Positions 25,757-37,200 of a stretch of DNA of 64,000 bases are shown one piece after another. A model generated the notes under the pieces. That model had not been told where the DNA came from. It worked only from the letters and a program-made list of their open reading frames with translations, and searched no databases. Each line of letters starts with the position of its first letter. Position 1 is the stretch's first letter. Source of the stretch: Zygnema circumcarinatum SAG 698-1b. Its lineage: Eukaryota; Plantae; Zygnematophyceae. Both the position numbers and the translations under genes were made by a program. Location: positions 2,170,001-2,234,000 of the forward strand of contig CM074817.1 in the NCBI GenBank assembly GCA_037447605.1, in the 5' to 3' direction.

Positions 25757-26530
25757 NNNNNNNNNNCCCCCCCCCCCCCCCCCCCACCTCCCCGTTCTCC
25801 CTCGTCTCTCCCTTTTTTAAGCGAATGGTGAATCAAATCGGATGAGAGTGGGATGCTGCAGGATGGGCGCACATCCCAACTCATCTTTAAGATCCCAACC
25901 CTCATTTCCGTCATCTCCGCCGGCATCACTTTGCAGCCGGGAGACATCATCGCAACCGGCACCCCTGCAGGTGTGGGAGAGCGCTCTCCCTCTTTCCATC
26001 ATGCTCTCTCTCTCTCTCGCACAGAAAGCAATCTAAATTTGAGTATCCCGTTTGAATTCTATTTCAAGTTGTAACCTCTTGAGTTCTACTTCACAGGCTT
26101 GGCAGATAAAACAAGCCTGTTGCTTCTGCCCTTTCCCACTCCCTCATCACCCTTCTCCCCCTCCCCCTCCCCCTCCCCCTCCCCCTCCCCCTCCCCCTCC
26201 ACCCTCCCCCTCCCCCTCCCCCCTCCCCCTCCCCTTCCCACCCTCCCCCCCTCTCCCCTCACCTCCCTCCCTCTCCCCCTCCCCCCTCCCCCTCCCCTCC
26301 CCCCTCCCCCTCCCCCTCCCCCTCCACCCTCCCCCCTCCCCCTCCCCCTCCCCCTCCCCTTCCCACCCTCCCCCCTCTCCCCTCACCTCCCTCCCTCTCC
26401 CCCTCCCCCATTCCCCCTCCCCCCTTCCCCCTCCCCTCTCTCCCCCCTCCCCGCCGCCACCCTCCCCCCTTCCCACTCCCACCCTGCCCCCCCTCGCGTT
26501 CTCTCTCTTTCTCTCTCTCACTTTCTCTTT

Positions 26531-26614
<84 letters not shown>

Positions 26615-26739
26615 CCTCTCTCTCTCTCTGCATTGCAGGAGTGGGGTCCGGGTTTGACCCCCCCCGCCACCTCGTGCCGGGGCAGACAGTCCGCATCCGC
26701 GTGGAGGGCATCGGCGAGCTCTCCAACTTTGTCGTGTAG
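23020..26739 (+). CDS. Fumarylacetoacetate-hydrolase-family protein (FAHD2/YisK-like)
   Basis: Exons 23020-23044, 23146-23221, 23431-23523 (GC donor), 23677-23845, 24226-24325, 24511-24580, 24832-24886, 25377-25496, 25862-25970, 26639-26739; in-frame upstream ATG at 22942. Motifs [73 protein letters not shown]. Confidence 0.92.
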
Positions 26740-26899
26740 CGCCGCCCCCGGTCGGGCTCGTTCAGAAAAGTGCGGCCGCGATTCGAAGGGGAGGGCAGGG
26801 AGGGAGGGAGAGGGCTATAGGCAATGGCGGGATGACGCCAAGAGGAGGAGCATGCGGGAGGAGGGAGAGGGGGAGGGAGGAGTGAGAGGGAGAGAGAGA

Positions 26900-29800
26900 G
26901 GGGGAGGGAGGGAGGAGGGAGGGAGGAGGGAGGGAGGAGGGAGGGAGAGCACAACGAAGTGGAAGAATAGGAGCTTATTATGGAGAGAGAATCAGGGAAG
27001 GGAGAGCTCTGCTGTAGTCGTGGACGCTGACCGATCATTAGTCATTGTATGGACGAATGCTCCAAATAATGGATGCCTTGCAGTGCGGCTGAAGTGAGAT
27101 ATAATCTTTGAGTCACACTTGCATTGGGAGAGAGAAGCGGAGGGAGAGGGGAGTGGGAGACGGATTTGTTGCCTCTGTAACGTGCTGGAAAAGCCTTGAA
27201 AAATTATAAAAAGTAAAAAGGAAATGCGTCAGAATATATTCATTCAGATTGCACGATGGAGATAGAAAGGTTTTAAGGAGATGAGACGGCCCGTGTAAAG
27301 GCAGAAAAATTGGTACACACAAAACCAGAAAACTAAATTATAAAGAAGGTTTGGGTTTCTGACATTCCGTTTTTTTACTCTGCCCGATATATCGGGCAGA
27401 AAATATCTTACAAATGAAAACCCGAGCGCGGGTCCGGCAGAGTCCGAAACGAAAAGAATGTCCGCCTCGGCGCCGGCGGCTGTTGCATTCCCTTGGGGAG
27501 GGCTGTCGCGCCGAAATTAGGGTTTCACGAATCAAGGTTTATCTCAGCATAAAACTGAGATTTCAGGATTCAGATGTTAGTGTTTAGGGTTTCAGACAGA
27601 TTGAATGCAGTGTTTTGGAACGAATTCTGAAGCCCTTTCTTTACGGTTACTTCATTGTTTTTAGGGTTGTGCGGTTATCTCCTCATTCCTGCTCAAGCAC
27701 GTCGGGGAAATCATGATTCAGATTTTGGATTGGAGGGTTTATCAGTAGTGAAGACGAAGAAATTCTAAAACATAGTTTTAGGGTTCAGAGCGTACGTTAT
27801 ATGAATTAGGGCTGGCATTTTTTTCTGCTTTTTTCAGAGAAGCATATGGGAATATTCGAGAAAAGAACATTTCTGGTGGCCGTGGACGGCTCCGAAAGCG
27901 CTAAAAAGGTCGAATTTCTTTTACTTTATAGGAGTATTTGCTGAATTTTTTCCAGCAGCTTGAACTTATTTTCCTAGTCCCAGTTGAAATCTAGGAATTG
28001 CAGGGTTTTATGAAACTCTTTAAACTGCTTCGCGGCTATTGCAATTTTACCATGGAATTGAATAAAAAAAAAAATACTCTGCGAGAAAAGGAATGGCAGC
28101 CATAGGGGGTCGCTTTGCAGGCTTTCGAATTTTCCCTTTCGTTGGCGCGACGTGACGACACCGTGCTCGCTCTCAATGTCATCAATCCACACAAGGGTAG
28201 AAACCTTCCCGGAAGCTTTAAGAAGCTTTCTTGCCTTCTCTCTGACTATCAATAAACATTTGAGACTCTGATTATCCATCCCTTTCAAACATCGCTTCAT
28301 TCCTATTTTTTGGGTTCCCACTCGCTATTGCGCCGTCGCTGCTGCCTCTGCTTATTGAGAAGATGATTGGAGGAAATGGATGATGATTAACGATAGAAGT
28401 TGATATCGATGGAAAAGAAACTTACGTAGGTTTAGCCTTCACATGTGCCCTTTGAGAGGGGGCAGAGTACTTTTCAACTGAGGAGTGGGAGAAGGGGAGG
28501 CCGCAAATGGAGGGCGAACTCACCGCGCAGAGCATCGCTCTCCTGAGGAGCCTCCAGCCGCTTGCCGCTGCACGGGGGGTAAGGGGGAGAGCGAGAGAGA
28601 GAGAGAGAGGGAGGGAGGAGGAGGAGGAGGAGGAGGAGGAGGAGGAGGAGGAGGAGGAGGAGGAGGAGGAGGAGGAGGAGGGAGGAGGGAGGGAGGAGGG
28701 AGGAGGGAGGAGGGAGGGAGGAGGGAGGGAGGAGGGAGGGAGGAGGGAGGGAGAGCACAACGAAGTGGAAGAATAGGAGCTTATTATGGAGAGAGAATCA
28801 GGGAAGGGAGAGCTCTGCTGTAGTCGTGGACGCTGACCGATCATTAGTCATTGTATGGACGAATGCTCCAAATAATGGATGCCTTGCAGTGCGGCTGAAG
28901 TGAGATATAATCTTTGAGTCACACTTGCATTGGGAGAGAGAAGCGGAGGGAGAGGGGAGTGGGAGACGGATTTGTTGCCTCTGTAACGTGCTGGAAAAGC
29001 CTTGAAAAATTATAAAAAGTAAAAAGGAAATGCGTCAGAATATATTCATTCAGATTGCACGATGGAGATAGAAAGGTTTTAAGGAGATGAGACGGCCCGT
29101 GTAAAGGCAGAAAAATTGGTACACACAAAACCAGAAAACTAAATTATAAAGAAGGTTTGGGTTTCTGACATTCCGTTTTTTTACTCTGCCCGATATATCG
29201 GGCAGAAAATATCTTACAAATGAAAACCCGAGCGCGGGTCCGGCAGAGTCCGAAACGAAAAGAATGTCCGCCTCGGCGCCGGCGGCTGTTGCATTCCCTT
29301 GGGGAGGGCTGTCGCGCCGAAATTAGGGTTTCACGAATCAAGGTTTATCTCAGCATAAAACTGAGATTTCAGGATTCAGATGTTAGTGTTTAGGGTTTCA
29401 GACAGATTGAATGCAGTGTTTTGGAACGAATTCTGAAGCCCTTTCTTTACGGTTACTTCATTGTTTTTAGGGTTGTGCGGTTATCTCCTCATTCCTGCTC
29501 AAGCACGTCGGGGAAATCATGATTCAGATTTTGGATTGGAGGGTTTATCAGTAGTGAAGACGAAGAAATTCTAAAACATAGTTTTAGGGTTCAGAGCGTA
29601 CGTTATATGAATTAGGGCTGGCATTTTTTTCTGCTTTTTTCAGAGAAGCATATGGGAATATTCGAGAAAAGAACATTTCTGGTGGCCGTGGACGGCTCCG
29701 AAAGCGCTAAAAAGGTCGAATTTCTTTTACTTTATAGGAGTATTTGCTGAATTTTTTCCAGCAGCTTGAACTTATTTTCCTAGTCCCAGTTGAAATCTAG

Positions 29801-30416
29801 GAATTGCAGGGTTTTATGAAACTCTTTAAACTGCTTCGCGGCTATTGCAATTTTACCATGGAATTGAATAAAAAAAAAAATACTCTGCGAGAAAAGGAAT
29901 GGCAGCCATAGGGGGTCGCTTTGCAGGCTTTCGAATTTTCCCTTTCGTTGGCGCGACGTGACGACACCGTGCTCGCTCTCAATGTCATCAATCCACACAA
30001 GGGTAGAAACCTTCCCGGAAGCTTTAAGAAGCTTTCTTGCCTTCTCTCTGACTATCAATAAACATTTGAGACTCTGATTATCCATCCCTTTCAAACATCG
30101 CTTCATTCCTATTTTTTGGGTTCCCACTCGCTATTGCGCCGTCGCTGCTGCCTCTGCTTATTGAGAAGATGATTGGAGGAAATGGATGATGATTAACGAT
30201 AGAAGTTGATATCGATGGAAAAGAAACTTACGTAGGTTTAGCCTTCACATGTGCCCTTTGAGAGGGGGCAGAGTACTTTTCAACTGAGGAGTGGGAGAAG
30301 GGGAGGCCGCAAATGGAGGGCGAACTCACCGCGCAGAGCATCGCTCTCCTGAGGAGCCTCCAGCCGCTTGCCGCTGCACGGGGGGTAAGGGGGGGAGAGC
30401 GAGAGAGAGAGAGAGG
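26900..30416. repeat. Direct tandem duplication with 1806-bp period
   Basis: ~26945-28610 recurs at ~28751-30416; paired ORFs are offset by exactly 1806 (27113/28919, 27338/29144, 27974/29780). Junction lies in a (GAG)n/GGGA tract at ~28610-28750. Confidence 0.95.
27846..28578 (+). pseudogene. 3'-truncated copy of the USP gene (promoter plus first three coding exons)
   Basis: Exons 27846-27908, 28121-28196 and 28466-28578 match the downstream copy but lack their own 3' exons. Confidence 0.7.
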
Positions 30417-31732
30417 GAGAGAGGGAACGGGGAGGGGAGGAGTGACTGGGGAGGGAATGAGGGAAAGCGAGGGAGGAAGGAAGGGAGGAAGGGAGGGAGG
30501 GTGGGAGGGAGGGAGAGAGAGGGGGGGGGAGAGAGAGGGAGAGTGAGGGAGGGAGGGAGGGAGAGAGGGGGAGAGGGGAGGGGGAGCAGACGAGAGGGGA
30601 AGGGATATGCGGAGGGAGATGGGATACAAAGAGAAGGAGGAGGGTGGGCAGAGCTGGTGGAGACGGATTTGAAGGGGTGAGATGGAGAGATGACAGATGG
30701 AGCGGGGTAGGAAAATTCGGGGAAGGAGGTTGGGATAGAGAGGAAGACTGAATATCTAGTGGGTCAGCCCTCATGGCTACCCCAGAAGTAGGGTCTTTGA
30801 CCCAAGTATATATTAACTTAGGGGGTGCGCCGAATGTGAACGCCGCACCATGCAAAGACAGATAAGAGAGTGAGGGAGAGGGAGGGATACTTGCATTACA
30901 CGAGTGAGAAAATGGTGATCCTTGGGCTGCATAACTTCAGATTTAAGGACTCGCTTTAGTCAAACCAAGCAGTGAGTGAGGGCTACTTCCTCAATTTCAA
31001 ATTCTCTTTGTGATACATCATTAGCCCTCTTCCAATATTTTGGGACCTTTTCCGATTTTAGGGCCTTTCGAGCTTGTAGGTTCTAGCCACAATGCGTTCT
31101 TAGAGCTTGTAGGGCTTGTACGGTGTTTTGTCTTTTTATGGTTTTTAGGGTTTGTGATGTCAGGTGACGTACAGGTGGCTGACTCGAAAGGGCGACCCTC
31201 GCAACTTGATAGTTGAGCTGGCGGAGGACAAAGAGGTCTTTATGGTCGTGCTGGGGAGGAGAGGGCGGGGCGGCTGCGAGAGGTAAAACCCTAGAAATGC
31301 AAAACCCTAAACCTTGCAAACCCTAACTTCAGTCCGGAAGAAACAAATCATCTCTCGCCACATGTGTTGTGGATCTGCCGAGGATGTTTCATCCAAAACT
31401 GGACCTAAATCTTTAACCTGAAACCCCAACATCTTAACGTACTCGAGACCCTAAGAATCGGAGGGACCCTGAAGATCCTTAAACCCTAAACTTTGAAACT
31501 CTTGAACCCTGAACTTCCTGATCCCTGAACCCTAAAACTTGCATGCAGGCTCCCTCTGGGAAAAGTGAGCCAGTGGGTGGTGCACCGCTGCAAGCGGCCG
31601 GTGCTCTTAGTGCCCGGCCCGGCCGGGAAGCGCAGGTACGCCGTCGCCTGCAACGGAGAACTGAGAACTGGAAACTGTCCAACATGTAGCCCTCCAAAGT
31701 CTTGCAAACTAATTTCATGGTTAACGACCTAA
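29652..31732 (+). CDS. Universal stress protein A (USP)-domain protein
   Basis: Exons 29652-29714, 29927-30002, 30272-30384, 31164-31282, 31549-(31635 donor or 31732 stop). Motifs RTFLVAVDGS, LALNVI, KGDPRNLI, VVLGRRGRG, LPLGKVSQWVVHRCKRPVLLV. The 3' end is uncertain. Confidence 0.85.
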
Positions 31733-31955
31733 CTAACTAACTAACTGACTAACTAGCCATCCAGTCTATGGGGTGGTGGAATGAGGGTCAATTTGCAGGT
31801 CCGGCTTCAAATTCGCGATGCCCTGCGCTTGTTTGTGAGCCCGCCCTGAAGGGTCCCTTCATATACATAATGAGATACTTGGGGTTAGGGAAAACACTCT
31901 CTCTCTTTCTCTCTCTCCCTCTCTCTCTCCCTCTCTCTCTCCCCCTCTCTCTCTC

Positions 31956-32037
<82 letters not shown>

Positions 32038-32737
32038 ACACACACACACACTCTCTCTCTCTCTACACTCAAAAGAGATTTTCCGCTCCATGAGTCGTTT
32101 TGCAATCTAAGTAGACTGTTTTCTTCTTCATCCATTCGATCGATTCAACAGAATTCGAGCATCTTGCTTACATGTTGAAGCATTTGAACTTTGAAATGGT
32201 CTTTTGGATTTTTTTTTTTTTCTTCCAAAAATGAAACACAACAATCCATCACATGGGTTTGCAACTTGATTTGGACGCACATTACGCAGACCAGCAAGAG
32301 CGAGCCTTCAATCCGCATCAAGTTTGAAATATTTTTTGAAAATAATTACTTTGGATGGACACCTCTCCATCATTGGTTGTGAAAATTCAGTATTCCTTGT
32401 ACGGTTCAATGCATGCAATGTGATGTTGTTTGCGACTATGGTGGGGTCATGGGAAACAAAACCACATGACACGGGTCCTCATGACCCGTTGCCATTGGTC
32501 ATGACCTTGACATACAAAACTCTTCTGTTCGGTGTTGGACAAGCATACAAGTACCCTCCCAACTGATTTTCAACAAACCATGAGTTGGGGTTTTAGGGTT
32601 TCTGAGGTTCTCAGGGTTTCCTTTATAATTTTTTTGTAGTTTGCAGCTTTTGCAGTTTATACCTTAATAGGGGAGGGGAGGGGGAGGTGGAGGGGAAGGG
32701 GAGGGGAGGGGAGGGGAGGAAGGAGAGGAGCGGGCAG

Positions 32738-32914
32738 TGGGAGCATTTGGATGAGCAGATGACGATTCTGCGTAAGGATGTGGAGAGTGAGAGGCGAGTG
32801 AACCGGCAGCTGACAGATGCGGTAGAGTTGAAGAACAGTCAGATCGAGGAGACGGAGAGAGAACTGGAAGAAGCGAGAGCGGAAATTACGAAACTGAGAA
32901 TGAAGCTGACGCAG
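32738..32914 (+). CDS. Isolated coiled-coil-like exon (59 codons, phase 0-0), possibly a 3' extension of the USP gene
   Basis: cag|TGG...CAG|gttcag; WEHLDEQMTILRKDVESERRVNRQLTDAVELKNSQIEETERELEEARAEITKLRMKLTQ. Confidence 0.5.
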
Positions 32915-33659
32915 GTTCAGAGCACTTTTTTTTTCCAAAGTTGGTTGTTGTTTGCAGAAGACTCGGCAGCTTAGGGTTCGGAGACATGCATAAGCAAGCA
33001 GAGCTAGAGGTAGGGCACCTATTTGAGTCGGTCTTTTTTTTTTGTTTTTTATTTTTTTGTACAGAAGAGGGCATCTAGAATCAGAAACGTCTCACTTACT
33101 TGCTGTGCTTCTGTTTTGACTTATCAAAATATATGAACCCTGAATTTAGGTATAAGGGGTCTGAGGGGAACGAAAAAGTCTTTGGGCTAAGCGTGAGAAA
33201 AGCACGAGAAGACATTTGACTTTAGTCAAGGTAGTCTGTCAGAAAACAAACCAAAAGTGCTCCTAAAAAACGTGCAATGCGCGAAAGGAGCTTCTTTTGG
33301 ACTCTTTATTTAAATAAAAGCACAAACCATAATCACTACTCGTCGGCCATGAGGTACATCCTCGCGTAGAACCTTCTTCACTCAGCCTTCTACTTCCAGC
33401 CTCTCCCTCCTTCTTCTGGTTAACGGAGAGACGGAGCCGCACATGGAACCCGAGAGCGAACAGCAGTTGCTAAATGCTCAACGGTTGGACTTTGACGTCA
33501 CGTCACGTCTCTCAGCGTCACTCTGTCGGGAGGTAAGCGTTGATTATTTTAATTTTTATTGGTTCATCACAAACCTTGAGAAATACAATCGGTTACAATG
33601 ACACACTTTTCGTGTGCCCCAAATTCTCGGAGCAGAGCAGTCACATGTTGCTCGTCGCT

Positions 33660-34275
33660 TTTCCGCCATCCTTTCCCTTCTTCCCCTCCTCCATTCCCTC
33701 CTTCCCCTCCTCGGTTCCCTCCTTCCCCTCTTCCTTTTCCTCCTTCCCCTTCTCCTTTCCCTCCTACTCCTCCTTTCCCTCCTTCCCCTCCTCCTTTCCC
33801 TCCTTCCCCTCCTTTCCCTCCTTCCCCTCCTCCTTTCCCTCCTTCCCCTCCTTTCCCTCCTTCCCCTCCTCCTTTTCCCTCCTTTCCCTCCTTCCTCCTT
33901 TTCCCTCCTTCCCCTCCTTTCCCTCCTTCCCCTCCTCCTTCCCTCCTTCCCCTCCTTCCTTCCCTCCTTTCCCTCCTTCCCCTCCTCCTTTCCCTCCTTC
34001 CCCTCCTTTCCCTCCTTCCTCCTTTCCCTCCTTCCCCTCCTTTCCCTCCTTCCCCCTCCTCCTCCTTCCCTCCTTCCCCTCCTCCTTCCCTCCTTCCCCT
34101 CCTTTCCCTCCCTCCTTTCCCTCCTTCCCCTCCTCCTTTCCCTCCTTCCCCTCCTTTCCCTCCTTCCCCTCCTCCTTTCCCTCCTTCCCCTCCTCCTTTC
34201 CCTCCTTCCCCTCCTTTCCCTCCTTCCCCTCCTCCTTTCCCTCCTTCCCCTCCTCCTTTCCCTACTTCCTTTCCT
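33660..34275. repeat. Pure C/T minisatellite (units such as CCCTCCTTC and CCCTCCTCCTTT)
   Basis: ~600 bp of almost only C/T in 9-12-bp units, directly 3' of the TBL stop codon. Confidence 0.9.
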
Positions 34276-37200
34276 CCCGCCTTCCGTTCGAGGGTTTGCC
34301 CTCCCCCTCCTTGTTGAGCAGCGTCATGTAAAGGAGTTCGTTCCAAGTGTCCGGCACGCCCGGCAAGCACCAATGGCTGCAAGGGAGGCAATGGCACCAC
34401 TCAGTCATTAGAATAGGAGGTCTTGCTGCTCGATCACAAACAGGTCAAAGGGAAGACATGTAACATGTATCAGATAGTTTAGTTTTGGGGGTCTAAGGAT
34501 CAAAGTTCAAGAGTCCATATATAACAGTACCTGCAATCGTACCAAAAGCGCGCCTTACTGTTCCCAATGTGTGCATCTTTTCGGAGAGACGTAAGATAAT
34601 GCACATCGAGATATATCATGGGGTGCTGCATGCCGCGGATGACGTCCCTTGCCATGCTGGTGAAATGAGTGGGTCGAGCATGGCGGTGAAACGATGGGGT
34701 CAAACTGTTGCACTTTCCCCCACTATTCCATTCGCCACCCCTGCAAGAAAAACGAGCTCCTTCATTGGTCACTTGCATTCGAAGCCATGGAGGAAGAATG
34801 AAACAGAACAGCAGCTACACGTGTCCATGGCGGCGAAAGAAGCGCAAAGATGCTTCGCGTTCTTATCACTATTGTTGCGCGCGCTCCCTAATTAGTGAAG
34901 GCCGCATGCATGCATGGGGCGGGAGAGGAGAGGAGAGGAGAGGAGAGGAGAGGAGAGGAGAGGANNNNNNNNNNGGAGAGGAGAGGAGAGGAGAGGAGAG
35001 GAGAGGAGGGGGAGGGGGAGGGGGAGGGGGGAGGGGGGAGTGCTGCTCACTCGAAGTGAAGGGGCGAGTGGGCGCGGAAGAACACCCTCCTCCCTGCCTT
35101 CTTCTGGGCGGAAGTGTCTGCCCAGTCAGCCAAGCTCTTCATAATCACTCCATATGCCGACACTTCGTCGATTTCGGGCCGGAATGTTCCATTCACTCCG
35201 AAATAGACGCCCCTGTTCAACCACTCCACGACAACGGGCCGTTCAGTGATGTCTTCCTTAGATTGAAACCTTCTGTTGATAGTGGGGAATGTGAGCCAAC
35301 AAACACAAACAATAAAGTGTTTGTGAAGGAGGAATGCGGAAGCCATGTGCGAGAGAGAAGGAAGCAATCTTACTTGTCAATAGTTTTGTACTTGTTTAGC
35401 CAATGGCCGAGATTGAACACCAAGATGTCCACGTCTTTCAATTGTTGGACCCATGTTTGGTCAAGTTGGTCCAACAGCAGAAGCGATGACATCTGTACTA
35501 AAGGAGTGGCAAAGGTAAGTGAAATTGCTGCGATGACTGAAACAAACACGGGAAAGATGTGAACATGGATGGTGCTGAAGAGTAGTCTCATATTCATAAT
35601 GAAGGAATGCCGCCCCTTACATTATGAGTCGGAGATTCGGGAACGGTCATTGAGTCAACGAGGAAGTTGTTCCGCACATACTCAACAGTGAAATTGTACT
35701 CCTCAAACTCCACAACAGCACTTATGGACTGATTGGCGAGGGGACCATTTGAGTAGGGATTCTGCATGCACCCGTTTCAAGTGCAGTTGCTCACAAGGAT
35801 GCAGCATAAGAAACCGATTGAAATGGATGTGGGCCACTTATTAAGGTGCGACCGTCGTGATGACGACAAATTGTAGATGCGTTTGCCAGTAAGCTTCTTT
35901 GTGGGCATGCATTGTCTAAATTGAGGTGGTTCAGTGGCGGACCCTTTGAACCACCTCAATTTATTTTTATTTATTTATTTATTTTTATTTATTATTTTTT
36001 TGGTTGCGTTTTGGTGGCCATCTCACCTTATTCACCCGGGAGTGGTCGACCCCCTTGCTGAGCATACAGACCAACGATATGAACTGATTGCGGCCAATTG
36101 AATCTCCGACGAAGGCCAATCGTCGCCCATGCATGCGTCGTCGGAAATTAGCCGGGTCAAATCTGCATTCTCGAGAGTCCCTAAGATTGCCAGAGATTAC
36201 TTCTTGGGTCAAATCTGCATTCTCGAGAGTCCCTAAGATTGCCAGAGATTACTTCTTGGGTCAAATCTGCATTCTCGAGAGTCCCTAAGATTGCCAGAGA
36301 TTACTTCTTGGGTCAAATCTGCATTCTCGAGAGTCCCTAAGATTGCCAGAGACTACTTCTTGGGTCAAATCTGCATTCTCGAGAGTCCCTAAGATTGCCA
36401 GAGATTACTTCTTGCTCTCATATTCAAGTTTACAAACTTCTCCTACCAGATGGTGCTCGATTCAAAAGTTGCATTCGAAAATTGAGACCGCACCAAGCTG
36501 ACCTGCTTATGTTGCAGCCGTGAGGTTGCCACCTCATCTTCATATATGTCAAGTCTTCCCGTCCGAATTTCTGGCAAGTATAGGCCTCATCTTTGATAGG
36601 GCAATCTTCCCAATTCCAAAGCGGATAAGTTTCATCGTAAACCCATCGACCCGTCCATAATTTACACTTGTTTGAAAAAGGCTTTCTGCTCGCGGTTTCC
36701 TTGGGATCATCCAGCATATGTTTCTGAACCCATTTCAGGAAATTATCATTGGGTGCTGACATGTTTGGAGAAGGTCCCGAGAGGGAGGGAGAGGAAGAGG
36801 GAGAGGGAGAGGAAGAGGGAGAGGGAGAGGAAGAGGGAGAGGGAGAGGAAGAGGAGGAGAGAGAAGGTTTTGGAGGTTTTTGAAATGTTTCTAGCCATGC
36901 TGCTTTTCCATAGTGCCCCACATGGAAATAATCTTCTTCGTGGCTTAGATCTCGTCCATCACCGGCATCTGAAGCATCAAACCAACATGGGAGACCCAAA
37001 ACCAGTGAATACCAAAAACAAATGGAGAACGAGAAGAACGCAGGGATCAGGAAATTCCTCACTTTGTGTCTACTATCTTCTCGGACCTCTTTCTCCCCTT
37101 CCCCTCCGCCCTCTCTTCTCCCGTGTTCCCTCGCCTTCCCTCGTCCACTCTACCCTCCCTTCTCCCCCCTCCGTTCTTCCCTCCCTCACACCTCGCCCCC

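Larger units (their letters stand above)
724..34974. other. Five 10-N scaffold gaps, all inside intronic low-complexity tracts
   Basis: N runs at 724-733, 10720-10729, 25203-25212, 25757-25766 and 34965-34974. Confidence 0.95.

Noticed and set aside
33540-34411. Extensin/pherophorin-like (FPPSPP)n ORFs and the antisense Gly/Glu-rich ORF
   Set aside because: A C/T-only minisatellite cannot contain stops, so several frames are open; there is no signal peptide or convincing start, and it lies in the TBL 3' flank.
36154-36413. CRISPR-like array (also considered for 17256-17386 and 49874-50095)
   Set aside because: Head-to-tail repeats with no unique spacers, no cas genes, and a eukaryotic context.
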